In this document: piece by piece, positions 40,080 to 51,500 of the stretch
How the letters are laid out: each line of letters opens with the position of its first letter
Numbering within the stretch: position 1 is the first letter of the stretch
DNA from: an uncultured virus (IMG/VR IMGVR_UViG_3300029705_006997)
Taxonomy: Duplodnaviria > Heunggongvirae > Uroviricota > Caudoviricetes
Direction: 5' to 3' (one strand)
DNA length: 64,000 nucleotides
Virus record (IMG/VR): IMGVR_UViG_3300029705_006997
Made by a program: the position numbers and the translations under genes
Notes under the pieces: model-generated
What the model was told of the DNA's origin: nothing
The model's input: only the letters and a program-made list of their open reading frames with translations
Database searches by the model: none

Positions 40080-40975
40080 AGCTTCTTTACAGACCCGACG
40101 ATTTCGACGCTTACATCAGGTACGCCATCACAGAACGTCGATTTGGCAGGTATGTCATTCCCAAGACGTCTCGGTGTCAGATTCCATAATGACTACATTA
40201 AAATGTATCATCTTGCAGGTTTGCAGGTAAAATGGCAGGCATTTGAAGACGAATTGTATGAAAAGCCTCTGGGTAAGGACTTTGAACACGAAGACCTGAT
40301 TACCCGTGAGGGTTGGGCGAAGTATTATTTCAAAGGTATTTTCCCCAACGACGTTACTTATCTGCGTATGCAGATTAAGAATCCAAGCACAGGTATGCTT
40401 ATCAAGGATTTCTATTTTAAGTTTGAAAAGTCTTATCAGACATCACTTGATGGTAGATTCTACGTTAAGGACCCTGTTCTCGGAACCAAAATAGTCAAGA
40501 ACGGTATCTTGACAGAACTTAAAGGTGTACGTCGTAAATCAACAGGCGAAAAGATGTTTATTCCTCGTAAGACAACATTTAAGCGTGATACTGTTGACTT
40601 TATGCAGGCAAAGCCTGAAAAGAAGCGTACAAATGCAAAGGCAATCATCAGAACAATGTGTCGTTATGCAGAGAAGCCTAAAATGGTTTTCTTGGTAACA
40701 CCGCCACATTTGATGAACTATGCAAAATTGATTCTTATCCTCATTAAACAGCTTGTGGATTTGAATTTCGACCAGTCATATATGACTAAGAGCAATCAGA
40801 AGCCGCTCTATAAAACAAGATTTATGCTTGATGAGTTGGGTAACTTACAGTCTGAAGGACATGGTATCTCAGGCTTCGAGACAATGCTCTCAATCGGGTT
40901 AGGCCAAGAGCAGCAATTTACTTTGATACTCCAGACGCTCCAACAATTACGAGACGTGTATGGAGAAAGCGTAGA
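40080..40975 (+). CDS. VirD4/TraG-like coupling protein, exon 2
   Basis: FTDP.ISTLTS, Walker B FMLDELGNL, ILQTLQQLRDVYG. Confidence 0.85.
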
Positions 40976-42592
40976 GTGCGACTTGTTCTTTTATAACTGA
41001 ATTTATTTCAGGAAATAAAGCAGTAATATATTCTTTCAATTTTTTATTATAATGAGGAAGGCGGTGAATAGTTCAAACGATATGGTATTAAGCACTGGTG
41101 ATAAATTTTTCGATTTAACTGTTGTCACATTATCAAATGTAGTCACTATAGGACATAAGCACACTATGAATAAATATCTATGTGAATGCGTATGCGGTAA
41201 TCATATTGAAGTAAGCCAAGGCGAACTTGTCGGTAAACACGTGAGAAGTTGCGGTTGTCGACATAAGCCTAAAAAACAATCCTTGAAGTATGATTTAACG
41301 GATTGTTATTTTGGTAAATTGCATGTGATTGACCAAGCGGAGACATTTTGGTCAGATTCAGGGAAATCTCGAATGATTCGATGGAATTGCGAATGTGAAT
41401 GCGGTAATAAAATCACAGTAAATTCACGAGCATTACGAACCGGAGCAACACAATCATGCGGTTGTTTACAAAAACAACGCGTTTCAGAAGCTTTAACAGA
41501 TGATTTAACAGGTAAGCGTTTTGGTATGCTTCGCGTTATTGAACGAGCTGGGTCATATCGTAAAACAAATAAGTCAGGCGGAGTAGCAGCATTATGGCGA
41601 TGTGAATGCGATTGTGGCAATGAAACAATCACATTTGGTTGGTCGCTTAAATGTGGTGATAATGTTTCTTGTGGTTGTGCAAAAAAATCACAAGCGGAAC
41701 GATATGTAGAAGACATATTGATTCAAAACGGGTATGTAAAAGATTCCACATATTTTATGGAAAAAACATTTCCCGATTTAATCAGTGTTGACGGCGGTTA
41801 TTTACGATTCGATTTCGCTGTGATAAAAAACAATAGCTACATTTTTATCGAGTGTCAAGGCGAGCAACATTATAAATCAGTTGAATGGTTTGGTGGAGAT
41901 GAGGCATTTAATCGAAGACAAGCCAATGACATTTTGAAGAAAAATTGGGTATTATCACATAATTATCGTTTGATTGAAATCCCGTATACCATTCATTTGT
42001 ATGATGAATTTTTAAATATTTTATTGAAAGAACATATTATTGAACTGGCAAATTGAATATTGGAATGATAAAGTAACGTTTTGAAACAATATCACTAATC
42101 ACCAACATGCGATGTTATTCGTATGGAGCTTGGTAATGTCGGCGTCAAATACGTCGGGTGTCTATAAAATACGTATGGTGAGAATGTATTGAATACTGAC
42201 GAACTTGTGAATGAAAACGTTGATTATTTGCAGATGAGTAAAAATCTACGTATGAAAATCTGCGCTATACGAAAAAATCAATGTGATTTTGGCGGGTATA
42301 GATGTGAATATTGACGTAAAGCAAGCACCTAAACGTATATGTAAAGATAGATTTGTCGGAACAAGGAAAGATATCAATCGTTCAGATTACGGTCGAAGAA
42401 CAATAAGCCGTTTAGTTGATATTGAAAAGTAGTGTTCGGAGCGATGATGACTCTTGTAATGAGAGCAGGAGTAATGGACACAAGTCGAAATTGATTTTTC
42501 GATGGAACGCCGTGTGCGGTGAAAGTCGCACGCACGGTGTGGGTGAGGGGAAAATTCGGAAACAATGAAACAGTAGAATTACCTATTCACAT
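40976..42592 (+). mobile_element. Group II intron 2 (class-B-like, no RT, endonuclease ORF in domain I)
   Basis: 5' GTGCG; EBS1 TCTACG 42245-42250 complements exon end CGTAGA; DV from 42505; 3' end CCTATTCACAT; splice restores GESVD-KIVQGN. Confidence 0.9.
41052..42056 (+). CDS. Intron-encoded putative homing endonuclease (three CxCxCG...SCGC repeats plus PD-(D/E)XK/Vsr-like domain)
   Basis: DLTGKRFG.L.V repeats; LRFDF...IECQGEQHY...LIEIPY. Confidence 0.75.
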   Translation: MRKAVNSSNDMVLSTGDKFFDLTVVTLSNVVTIGHKHTMNKYLCECVCGNHIEVSQGELVGKHVRSCGCRHKPKKQSLKYDLTDCYFGKLHVIDQAETFWSDSGKSRMIRWNCECECGNKITVNSRALRTGATQSCGCLQKQRVSEALTDDLTGKRFGMLRVIERAGSYRKTNKSGGVAALWRCECDCGNETITFGWSLKCGDNVSCGCAKKSQAERYVEDILIQNGYVKDSTYFMEKTFPDLISVDGGYLRFDFAVIKNNSYIFIECQGEQHYKSVEWFGGDEAFNRRQANDILKKNWVLSHNYRLIEIPYTIHLYDEFLNILLKEHIIELAN

Positions 42593-43811
42593 TAAGATTG
42601 TTCAAGGTAACACATCAAATATCGTGTTCCTTAAATCAACAGATGATGCGATGCTTGATACATTGCAGAAAATGTCGGGTACGACACATAAGTCGTTTAC
42701 TGATTCTAAGACGATTACCCGTGATATGCAGAAGCTTATGATGCAGAATGAAGGTAAGGCGTCTTACACAATGACAACGAAAGAAGTGCCTGTTATTTCT
42801 TATAACGATATGGCATTTATTTCGGAGCGTAACAGTATTATCTTCCGTGCAGGCGATAGCCCTGTATGGAACAGAAATGAAACAATTCTGCCGATGTCTT
42901 GGCGTTTGTTTAAGAATACTATTACACAGCCGGGTAAGGAATATTCGCTCCAGACTATCCCTACTCTCAGTTCTGCTCTGGATTTTGATATCAGACAGAA
43001 CCAGCCTGATTTTGTCAAGATGCTTGACAAGAGAATGGCACAGGCAAGTAAGGCGGCAGAAGCTATGTCTATGTTCAAAACGGCATATGATTATACAGAC
43101 GCTGAGCTTGCGAAGCTTGACATTGACGCATATTCCGATGAAATTATGAGTCTTATCAGTGGTATTCTCAATGATAGCCTTGGAAAAGGAACAGCAATAG
43201 CTGACGCTGATGACGAATGTGAGAGCGATGATGTAATAAATATCGATGATTGGGACGACGATATGCTTGAGCCTGATTATATTGATGATATTGACGATAT
43301 CAGTTCTTATGGAATGATTGATTCGGATGACATTGAGGATAATGATGACGTACAACAGGAAGCTGCGAGACGTCAGGCACAGCGTGATGAAAGAGACCGC
43401 AGGATTTATGCAGGCGGTTATATTTCCAAAGCTATGCTTCTTAATCCTGATGGTACAGTCAGGTCACACTCGTTTGATAAAGATTTTGCAGAAATCTTTT
43501 CAAACAATTCAGGTATTATTTTCCGAGACACCGTATATTTCAATGAAAACAACGGAGATTTGTACGGTAAGAACGGTCAGCCATTTATTACAAAAGCCGA
43601 CAATGCAGCTATGATTGCTAAAATGAATGAAGCCGCTCAGGATGATGATACCAAGGTATATTCAGAAGAAGACATTGCCGAACGTAATTTGAGTGCGTTT
43701 AATACTTATATAGTACATGACGCATTTTATCAGTTCTTAGCAAGTCTTGACAGTTGGAATTTTGCAGACAGCGTGTTTGAACGTGAAATGAGAAGACGTA
43801 TGGAAGCATAA
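42593..43811 (+). CDS. VirD4/TraG-like coupling protein, exon 3
   Basis: IVQGNTSNIVFLKSTD..L..L.K.SG, typical TraG/D C-terminal region; acidic tail. Confidence 0.85.
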
Positions 43812-43828
43812 TTCTGGTTACAAGCTAA

Positions 43829-43862
43829 GGCGGTAGGTGGTCAACACACTACCGCCTTTTTT
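43829..43862 (+). terminator. Intrinsic terminator
   Basis: GGCGGTAG...CTACCGCC plus T tract. Confidence 0.75.
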
Positions 43863-43880
43863 GTAAGAAAGGGTATAATT

Positions 43881-44540
43881 ATGAAAATTAAATATAGAGA
43901 CGAAAACATTACAGCCGATGTTATCGGAATTTTGATAACATTATTTTTTGTTTTTATTGCTATTGCAGTTGTATTGAACGATGAATATGAATCCGTTTAT
44001 GCACCCACAGGATTAACACATATGCCTGTTACAACGGGTATCATAATAATTCCTATTATTACAGGTATTGTTACGGCTATAAGCTTGATGAGAACTCTTG
44101 GATTTATAAAAAAGAGAAAATATTTGACAGAAAAGGGCACTAAGTGTCATGGAAAAGTAACTCGTGTTATGAAATATAATGATACCACAGATTCAAAGCA
44201 GCACAGATATTATCTTGAAGTCAAGTATTTTAGTCAGGTTATCGGCAAAGAAATAACGATTTACACACCATTCGTTGTGAGAAATTTTGCCGATAAAGAC
44301 AATATGAAATGTACGATATATGAGTGTTCCAATCACAAAAAGAAAATCATGAGTCGTAAAACAGGCTTATTCAACATGAATATAGAGCTTGACAGAGAAA
44401 ATTTTGATGATAGAGTAGCATACGTAGTGGATACTCTTGATGATGCTGAACCATATGAGGCTTCAAAAGCTGAAAAAGTCGTTGGGGTCATATGCGTAGC
44501 TATATTCATTATAATGTTTTGTTTCGCTTTGAAAAAATAA
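43881..44540 (+). CDS. Three-TM membrane protein, paralog of the next gene
   Basis: KKRKYLTEKGTKCHGKV, YFSQV, YTP shared with neighbour. Confidence 0.8.
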   Translation: MKIKYRDENITADVIGILITLFFVFIAIAVVLNDEYESVYAPTGLTHMPVTTGIIIIPIITGIVTAISLMRTLGFIKKRKYLTEKGTKCHGKVTRVMKYNDTTDSKQHRYYLEVKYFSQVIGKEITIYTPFVVRNFADKDNMKCTIYECSNHKKKIMSRKTGLFNMNIELDRENFDDRVAYVVDTLDDAEPYEASKAEKVVGVICVAIFIIMFCFALKK

Positions 44541-44557
44541 AAGGGAGCGGATTTTTG

Positions 44558-45232
44558 ATGAGAGTAAAATATACACAAGAAGTTTCAGGAGTGTTTATCG
44601 TGTTGATAGCAATAAGCTGCGGATTTATTGCACTGGGTGTCGGTCTTATCATATGCAACGGTTTCACTCTGAATACAATATCAAGTTCGGCTAAGTTATC
44701 TTTAATAGCTGTTTTCATATTTGCATTAGCTATGTGGGCACGAAAACAATCGATTTTATTTATGAAAAAAAGGGAACATTTGGTTCAGAATGGTATAAAG
44801 TGTACAGGACGTGTTGTTTACATGCATGTTCATTCTTTTGGAAATCGCATTTCGAGAAGACGTAATGCAAATAAGGCTGTCAGTTTTCATGTTTCTTATT
44901 ATAGTCAGATATTGAGAAAAGAAATTAGTTTCGTGACACCTGAAATATGTCGTGATTTTGATGTTAATCTTGAGACAGCAAAGGATTTGGTTTGTGTTAT
45001 TTATGAAATGCCGGCTGAGGAGTCATCAGATACGGATGTATCGTTCATGTTCAACACAGGGACAACGGATTTGAACCAAAATGATGATGCAGGTAAGGTA
45101 TTTTGTATGATTGATGCTTTTGATAATGCCAAGCCAAAGCCAAAAACGCATGATATGGTGTCTAAATTGTTTGTAGTTTTATGGTTTGCATTAGCCGCAG
45201 CTGTGATTTATTTTGCCAATAAATTTGCATAA
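44558..45232 (+). CDS. Three-TM membrane protein, paralog of the previous gene
   Basis: KKREHLVQNGIKCTGRV, YYSQI, VTP; GGGAG RBS before ATG 44558. Confidence 0.8.
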   Translation: MRVKYTQEVSGVFIVLIAISCGFIALGVGLIICNGFTLNTISSSAKLSLIAVFIFALAMWARKQSILFMKKREHLVQNGIKCTGRVVYMHVHSFGNRISRRRNANKAVSFHVSYYSQILRKEISFVTPEICRDFDVNLETAKDLVCVIYEMPAEESSDTDVSFMFNTGTTDLNQNDDAGKVFCMIDAFDNAKPKPKTHDMVSKLFVVLWFALAAAVIYFANKFA

Positions 45233-45355
45233 TGAAATTGAGTCACACTTTTCGTATAGTAAAAGTGTGACTTGTTTTTCAAAAAGCCGCTTTTTTGCGG
45301 CTTTTTTCAGTTTGAAATGAATAATTAACAATAATTCAATAAATGCTGTTTTTAT

Positions 45356-45406
45356 CTCAAATACGAGGTGATTTTGATTGACAAATTGCTAAAAATATGA
45401 TATAAT
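45356..45406 (+). promoter_or_regulatory. sigmaA-type promoter with CTCAAATACGAG box
   Basis: TTGACA 45378-45383, 17 nt, TATAAT 45401-45406. Confidence 0.8.
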
Positions 45407-45557
45407 TTAAGTATAGACAGAATATATCATGACGTATTTTAATATCAGCATTTTCAGATACAGACGTAATGTATGATAAGCTTTTGAAGGCGGATGTATC
45501 TGAATGACATCTGTCTTTTTTTATCGGATTGTATGACAAATCATTGGACGGAAAGGA

Positions 45558-48500
45558 ATGAGTGTTATGGCGAAGAATAGCCGATTGAGCCATGATGAGA
45601 GGCAAAGACTCATCAAAATCACAGGTCTGGATGAATTGAGGGAATTTATTCCTGATGATGATTTTACAGACGCATTGATTGAGCATGCTGCTGCGGGGTT
45701 GAGCAAAGAACAGCTTGATTCTGAGGATGAGTATTTGTCACCTGCAAGAGAAGGTATGATTAATAACAGCCGAGCTGTTATGAAATATCTTCGTGATAAT
45801 GGGCATAGTTTTTCAGTTTTGCCTGACAGCAGGGATGGTCAGCTGAAGGTTAAGCTTGAGACCTCGAATATTGAGGTCAGAGTGATGGATACTGAGGATA
45901 AGGCTCAGTATGTGGGTCGTGTATACAATGACGGTATTACTTATGCTTTTTCCAAGGGTGCTAATTCAGGCGGGAAGAATCAGCAAAGCGATGCCATTGA
46001 TAATATTACACCCGATATGGCTGTTGACTTGGTAAAATACGGTCTTGGTGAAGATGTAAAGAGACGTATGTACACAGATGCCGAGCATCAGCATTCTGTT
46101 GATGACAAAAAGGTAGGCGCTGCACAGCGTAATCGTTTTGGTGTTGACCCTGAAAACTATCAGCCTAAGTCAAATGGCGGTTTTTCGGCATTGTATGAAA
46201 CAAGAACTCCAAGTAAGATTGGAACAAGGAATGTATCAAATAATATTTATATAAAAGCTACCGATGAACGTAAGTCTACGGTTATGCGATTTGATACAGA
46301 AAATGGTCTTGATGATGCAGAGCTTTATGTTAAAAACAGCATGGAAAATGCGGAAGCTGCATTTACATCAAGGCTGAAGCTTGAGGCTGTTGATGTTCTT
46401 GCTCAGCTGTCTGTTGCAGGTGAATTTGAAGGTGAGCCTGAGTTTTCAGGCGACCCTCGTATCGCTGATATGCAAAAAGCATATTACGACACACGAAAGG
46501 AAATTTATTCAGATAAAGCGGCATATCCGGATGCGGCTGCTATCGATAATGCTAAGTTTGTACAGGATGAGGCTACCAGAAATCAGGTTTCTGAGATGTT
46601 TGGCAATCAGTCTTTAAAGACCATAAATCCTGTAGCCGTAGCGTCATATATGGATGAAAGTAAGGGTTTGCTTACAAACGAGGCTAATTTGCTTTCTGCA
46701 CTCAAGAAAATAAACAATAGTGATAATCCGTCTTATGATATCGAGGGTGATGACTTTGCTTCTAATTATTTCAAGGAGCGTATGGTTGCATATAACCCGA
46801 ATCCTACGACAATCGGCGGTAAAACATATCCTATGGATATCAACCCGAACGGACCCGATGCAGATAAAATGTCACCATTCTGGAAAGAGATGGGTAAGTC
46901 TGTATACGATGGACTTGAAGGTATGGGTGTTCAGGTAAAAAGTATCCATGTTGATGAAAATGGCGTAATTCATTATGAAGGCGGTCGTACACAGGGTACT
47001 TTCTCAGGTAAGAGTAAACCTGAATGGACAGATGTAGTCGGAGATATTGGTCAGGTATTTGAGCCTGAAACCAATGATTATGTTCTTGACGAAAATGGTA
47101 ATCCGACAGGTGAACGTAACCTTACAAAGGGATTTCTGCGTACAAATTTCAATTCGGATGAAAATTATTATATTGCACCCGGTTATACGGCATATGTTGA
47201 GCCGCCATCTGAAGAAAAAGGTACTGAGGGTCAGAGTTATATCGAGCGTACTCGTTTGAGAGGTTATCCTCAGATAATGTCTGATAAGATAAAAGCTACA
47301 ATCAGGCATGACCTTGCATCTGAAGGTGTTGATGGATATTACGATAATACGGCAGGTCTCAATGGTGTGTATCATCATTTGTATGGCGATAAAAAGAGTC
47401 TTGATTTCATAGATAAAATGCGTGAAACAGGAACTCCTGATGACGTAATCGAGGCTATTAACAAGACATCATTGCAGCGTGTCAAGTATGATAAGCATTA
47501 CGGCAGTGATACAAACATACTTGCTGTACAGAAGGCTGAACTCAAAAAAGATAAGGCAATGAGGGGACATGACGTTTATCTTGATGACGTGGGTGCAAAC
47601 ATTGCTCTTATGGACCATAGCTTGTCTAAGAATGTTTTTGACCCATATGCCACAAGTACGGGTACTAATCAGGGTCTTGTAAGATATCTTGTTGACGGTG
47701 CTACTGTCAACCCCGACGGCACTATCAATAAGGGCGACAGTGAGTATTGTAATCTCATAAATCATGATAATTTTAAATATACAAGAGAGGGTAATAACCC
47801 GAACGACCGTGTTTTGATGGCATTTGTAAATGCTATGAATCAGAGTTCAACAGCTATTGGTCGCACAGTCAATCCGGAAGGTGAAGAGATTGAGCCTATT
47901 GGTGTTGGTATGGCTCATATGTCACTTGGCGGTTATACGCAGGATGACGCATTTGTTGTATCAAAGGATTTTGCTGATTCTTGTATGATTCGCGGTGATG
48001 ACGGCAATCTTCGTCCGCTTAAAATCGGCGATAAAATCTGCGACCATTCAGGTAACAAGGGTGTTATTTCATTCATTGCAGACCGAAATGCTGACATGAG
48101 TTATTATGAACCACAGCCTATAGCTGAGGGTATGAGCGTTGAAGAAATCAAGGCTATCGAAAAGAAGAATGATGCTCTTGAACAGCAGAGAAAGATTATC
48201 GAATTGTTTAAAGATAATCCATCTTTGGACATAGTAGGCGCACCTTATACAGCTCCGTCAAGATTTAATGGTGGTACTTCTCGTGAAATGATTGCGAGTC
48301 AGGAAAAGGCAAAGGCTTGCGGAATGCCTACTGACCTTATCGTAGATGGAAAAGTTCATGCAGGCAGCATTGGCTATGCTAAAATTATTGTAACTGATAT
48401 GCCTGTTGATGTCAAAACTCATATTTACGGCAGTGAAAGTCGTGTAAAAGAAGCTATGAATGAAGAAGCTGAAAAGCGGCAGGAAAATGACGGCTTCGAT

Positions 48501-51500
48501 TTGGGTGAGACAAGCGGTGGACGTAAGGCTTCAGGTCAGATGGTCTGGGGACTTGCTGAAATGAATGCAAGCGGTGTTATTCGTGAAATTTACGGTAATA
48601 ACGAAAGTCCGCTTGTAAAAGCTCGTGAAATGATGCTTGCTGTTGGTCTTGATGTTGACGAAACAGGTAAGCTTCACAGAGGCTATAAGCCTCATCAGAT
48701 AGGCGTTGATGATAATAATCAGCCTATTTATGAGGAACGTAATAATATTTCAGTACGCGGCATATATAACGATTGTCGTTCAAGCGAGGTTCCCGGCAGT
48801 GTCGGTGTCAAGGAGATAAAAGACCGCTTTACCGAGTCTTTGGGCGAAGACGGTGGATTTATGAAGATACCATTCCCAATCAAGATGGCAACAGGTGATA
48901 TGACACCTGAAATTCTTGATGAAAACGGTAATGGTACGGGTGAGTATCGACTTCCTGTTCTTTCGGGTAAATTCAGAAGTGGACGAGAAACTGTCGATAA
49001 TCAGCTCATATCCCATGATTATACTGCTCGTTATAACGAGATATTTAATCAGTCGATTGAATATCTTAAAAACGAGGATAAAGCAAATCATGCAAATCCT
49101 GAAGATGGCAATTATCATTATATGTACAGAGGCGAAGACAGAGTTTTGTCTCAGAGTGCATTGCAGGATAAAATGAATAAAGCTCAGGCGAGTGCTCAGA
49201 AAGCATATGATGCTATTGCTGATGACATCAAGGAACGTCAGTTTACAGGTAAGCATAATGTCTGGAAAGATGACGTTATGCGTAAAGAACTCAAGGGAAC
49301 AAGTACAGCCGTTATTTCTCCTGACCCAACGCTTGATTTGAATGAAGTTCGAATGAGTGTTAAGATGGCTATCGGTTTGGGTCTTGTTAAGGAAAACACG
49401 AATATCGAGGAATTTAATAAAAATGCCAAGCTTGATGACAAGATTGTTGTGGGTTGGAGAGACCCATTGCTGTCAGGCGGCGGTGAACGTTCCTTTATTG
49501 TAAATATCGTTGAAGACAGACCGGGTCATCCGGGCTATGACCCCAATAATCCAAATAACGGACTTGTGGGTATTCAGATTAATCCATCTGCGGCAACTTC
49601 ATTTGAAGGTGACTTCGATGGTGACAGTATGGGCTTTTATAAGCCTAAGGGCAAGGCAGCCATTCGTGATTGTAAAGAAAAGCTCAGTCATTGGGCTCAG
49701 ATTCTTAACAATGAAATGGGTAATCCCGGCGAACGTAAGCCTTATTTTCAGGATGGTCTCGACGTTGCGGCAGGTGTATATCGTGACGCTGAAAAAGGCG
49801 GCGATGTAAAGGTTCGCATGGAAGAGGCTGAAAAGCTTATGAATTTGGCTGATATGCTTGGTGATAAGCGTGTTACTCCGGGTTCAGGCAATTACAGAGC
49901 CTTTGAGATGTATAATGCAGCTATGCATGATGCTCACAGAGAAGCTTTCGGTCACGATGTTATTTCTTATGAAAATCCGCAGAAGCACATTGAGTCGTTG
50001 TTCTCAATGACAGAAGAGGGTGCTAAGGGCAGCATTGATAAGCTGAAGAAAGGCTATGCACCTTATTTTGGCTGTGAATTTGAGGTTGATGAAAATAACA
50101 AAATCGTCAGCTTTAAGGATGCTGAGTCATACGCAACTCCTGAAGCAAGACAGGCGTCTATGGCTGCAGGTCATGCAAAGGCTGTTCTGACAGGTGTTGC
50201 AGGTAAATTTTCACAGCATGCTGAGATGCTTGCTTTGAACTATGAGCCTAAGACATCCAAAGAAAAATTCGACTTTGCAGAACGTAAAGATTTGAATAAT
50301 GTCATGACGCTCATTGAGCATGGCTACAAGGTTCAGCCTAAACAGAAGGATATTCAGGTTGATGAAATTATTGACGGTAAACGCACAGGTAATACTGTGA
50401 CCAAGACAATCAATTCATGGGAGCCTGTTGTTGCCCGTGATGAAAAAGGTGAGGTCATCAGAGATAATCAGGGTAAACCCACATATGAAAAAGAGGATTA
50501 TTTCAAGACCGTAACCGATGAAAACGGCAAGACTAAGCGTGTTGTAAATGAGAATGCATTGCCTATCATAAATGCTGTAAGACAGAAATCCAATGAAATG
50601 GGAGCTAACGGTACGTTCTCTGCATCAGCGGCTGCAACTGCTCTTACTCATCCTGTTACACAGTCAGTAATGCAGCTTAAGCATGATACAGGTCCTGAGA
50701 TTCTTCACAAGATTTCGATGATTCAGGAAGTTGCCCCTGCTCTTTGGGCAGGTCATAAAATCGGCAGAGTGCCTGATAATGATACAGGCGAGCTGAAGTG
50801 GCAGGTATTGACTGAACGAAACCCTGAAAACGGTCGTTATGAGCCTCAGCCTGCAAGTCCTGCTGAGTGGAAGAAGATGATGAAAGACTTCTATGAGGCT
50901 AAGGATGGTCTTAATGTAGGCACGCCAAATCCTGAACATGTAAACACAATGGCTGAGATAATGACAGTGAAAGCACCTAACGGTAAGGAATACATCGAAG
51001 GTTTTGATACGAAAACCAAGAAGGTTCTTGAAACTGAAACCGCATTGACTCGTCTTGCTTATGAGGGCAACTTTGATACTCTTATTGAGTATGCTGATAA
51101 AAATGCAAATCTGTTTGAAGGTAAAACAAACAGTTATATTGCACCTAAGGTAGTCAATGATAATATTCGTGAGCTTAACGCGTCGATGGCGGACCCCACA
51201 TATGTACCTCAGTTTAAAGGCTTTGCTGCCAAAGATACAAGGTGTAAAGACGGTGTTGTTGACAGACCGTCAGTAGATGTTGTGGATGAGGTTATGAAGC
51301 AGGGTACTGTACATATCAAGGTTGAAGATGATTATTCAATCGATGATATTACTGTTAATAACAAGCCTGATTATGATGTGACTGAAAACGTACAGCTGAA
51401 TCAAAGCAATAATGCACCTGCAAGAACTTACGCTGATTTGAGTGTTGAAGAACAGCTTGATGTAATGAGAGCTGTTGCTAAGAAAAAGGTGGATGGAACA

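Noticed and set aside
42636..43355. Long antisense ORFs (this one and e.g. 28347..28889, 48780..49256)
   Set aside because: Shadow frames of well-supported plus-strand genes with no motifs or RBS
29356..43811. Three separate genes or a virD4 pseudogene (ORFs 29356..32274, 40002..41000, 42519..43811)
   Set aside because: The ORF ends and starts fall in intron sequence; canonical group II boundaries join them into one uninterrupted frame
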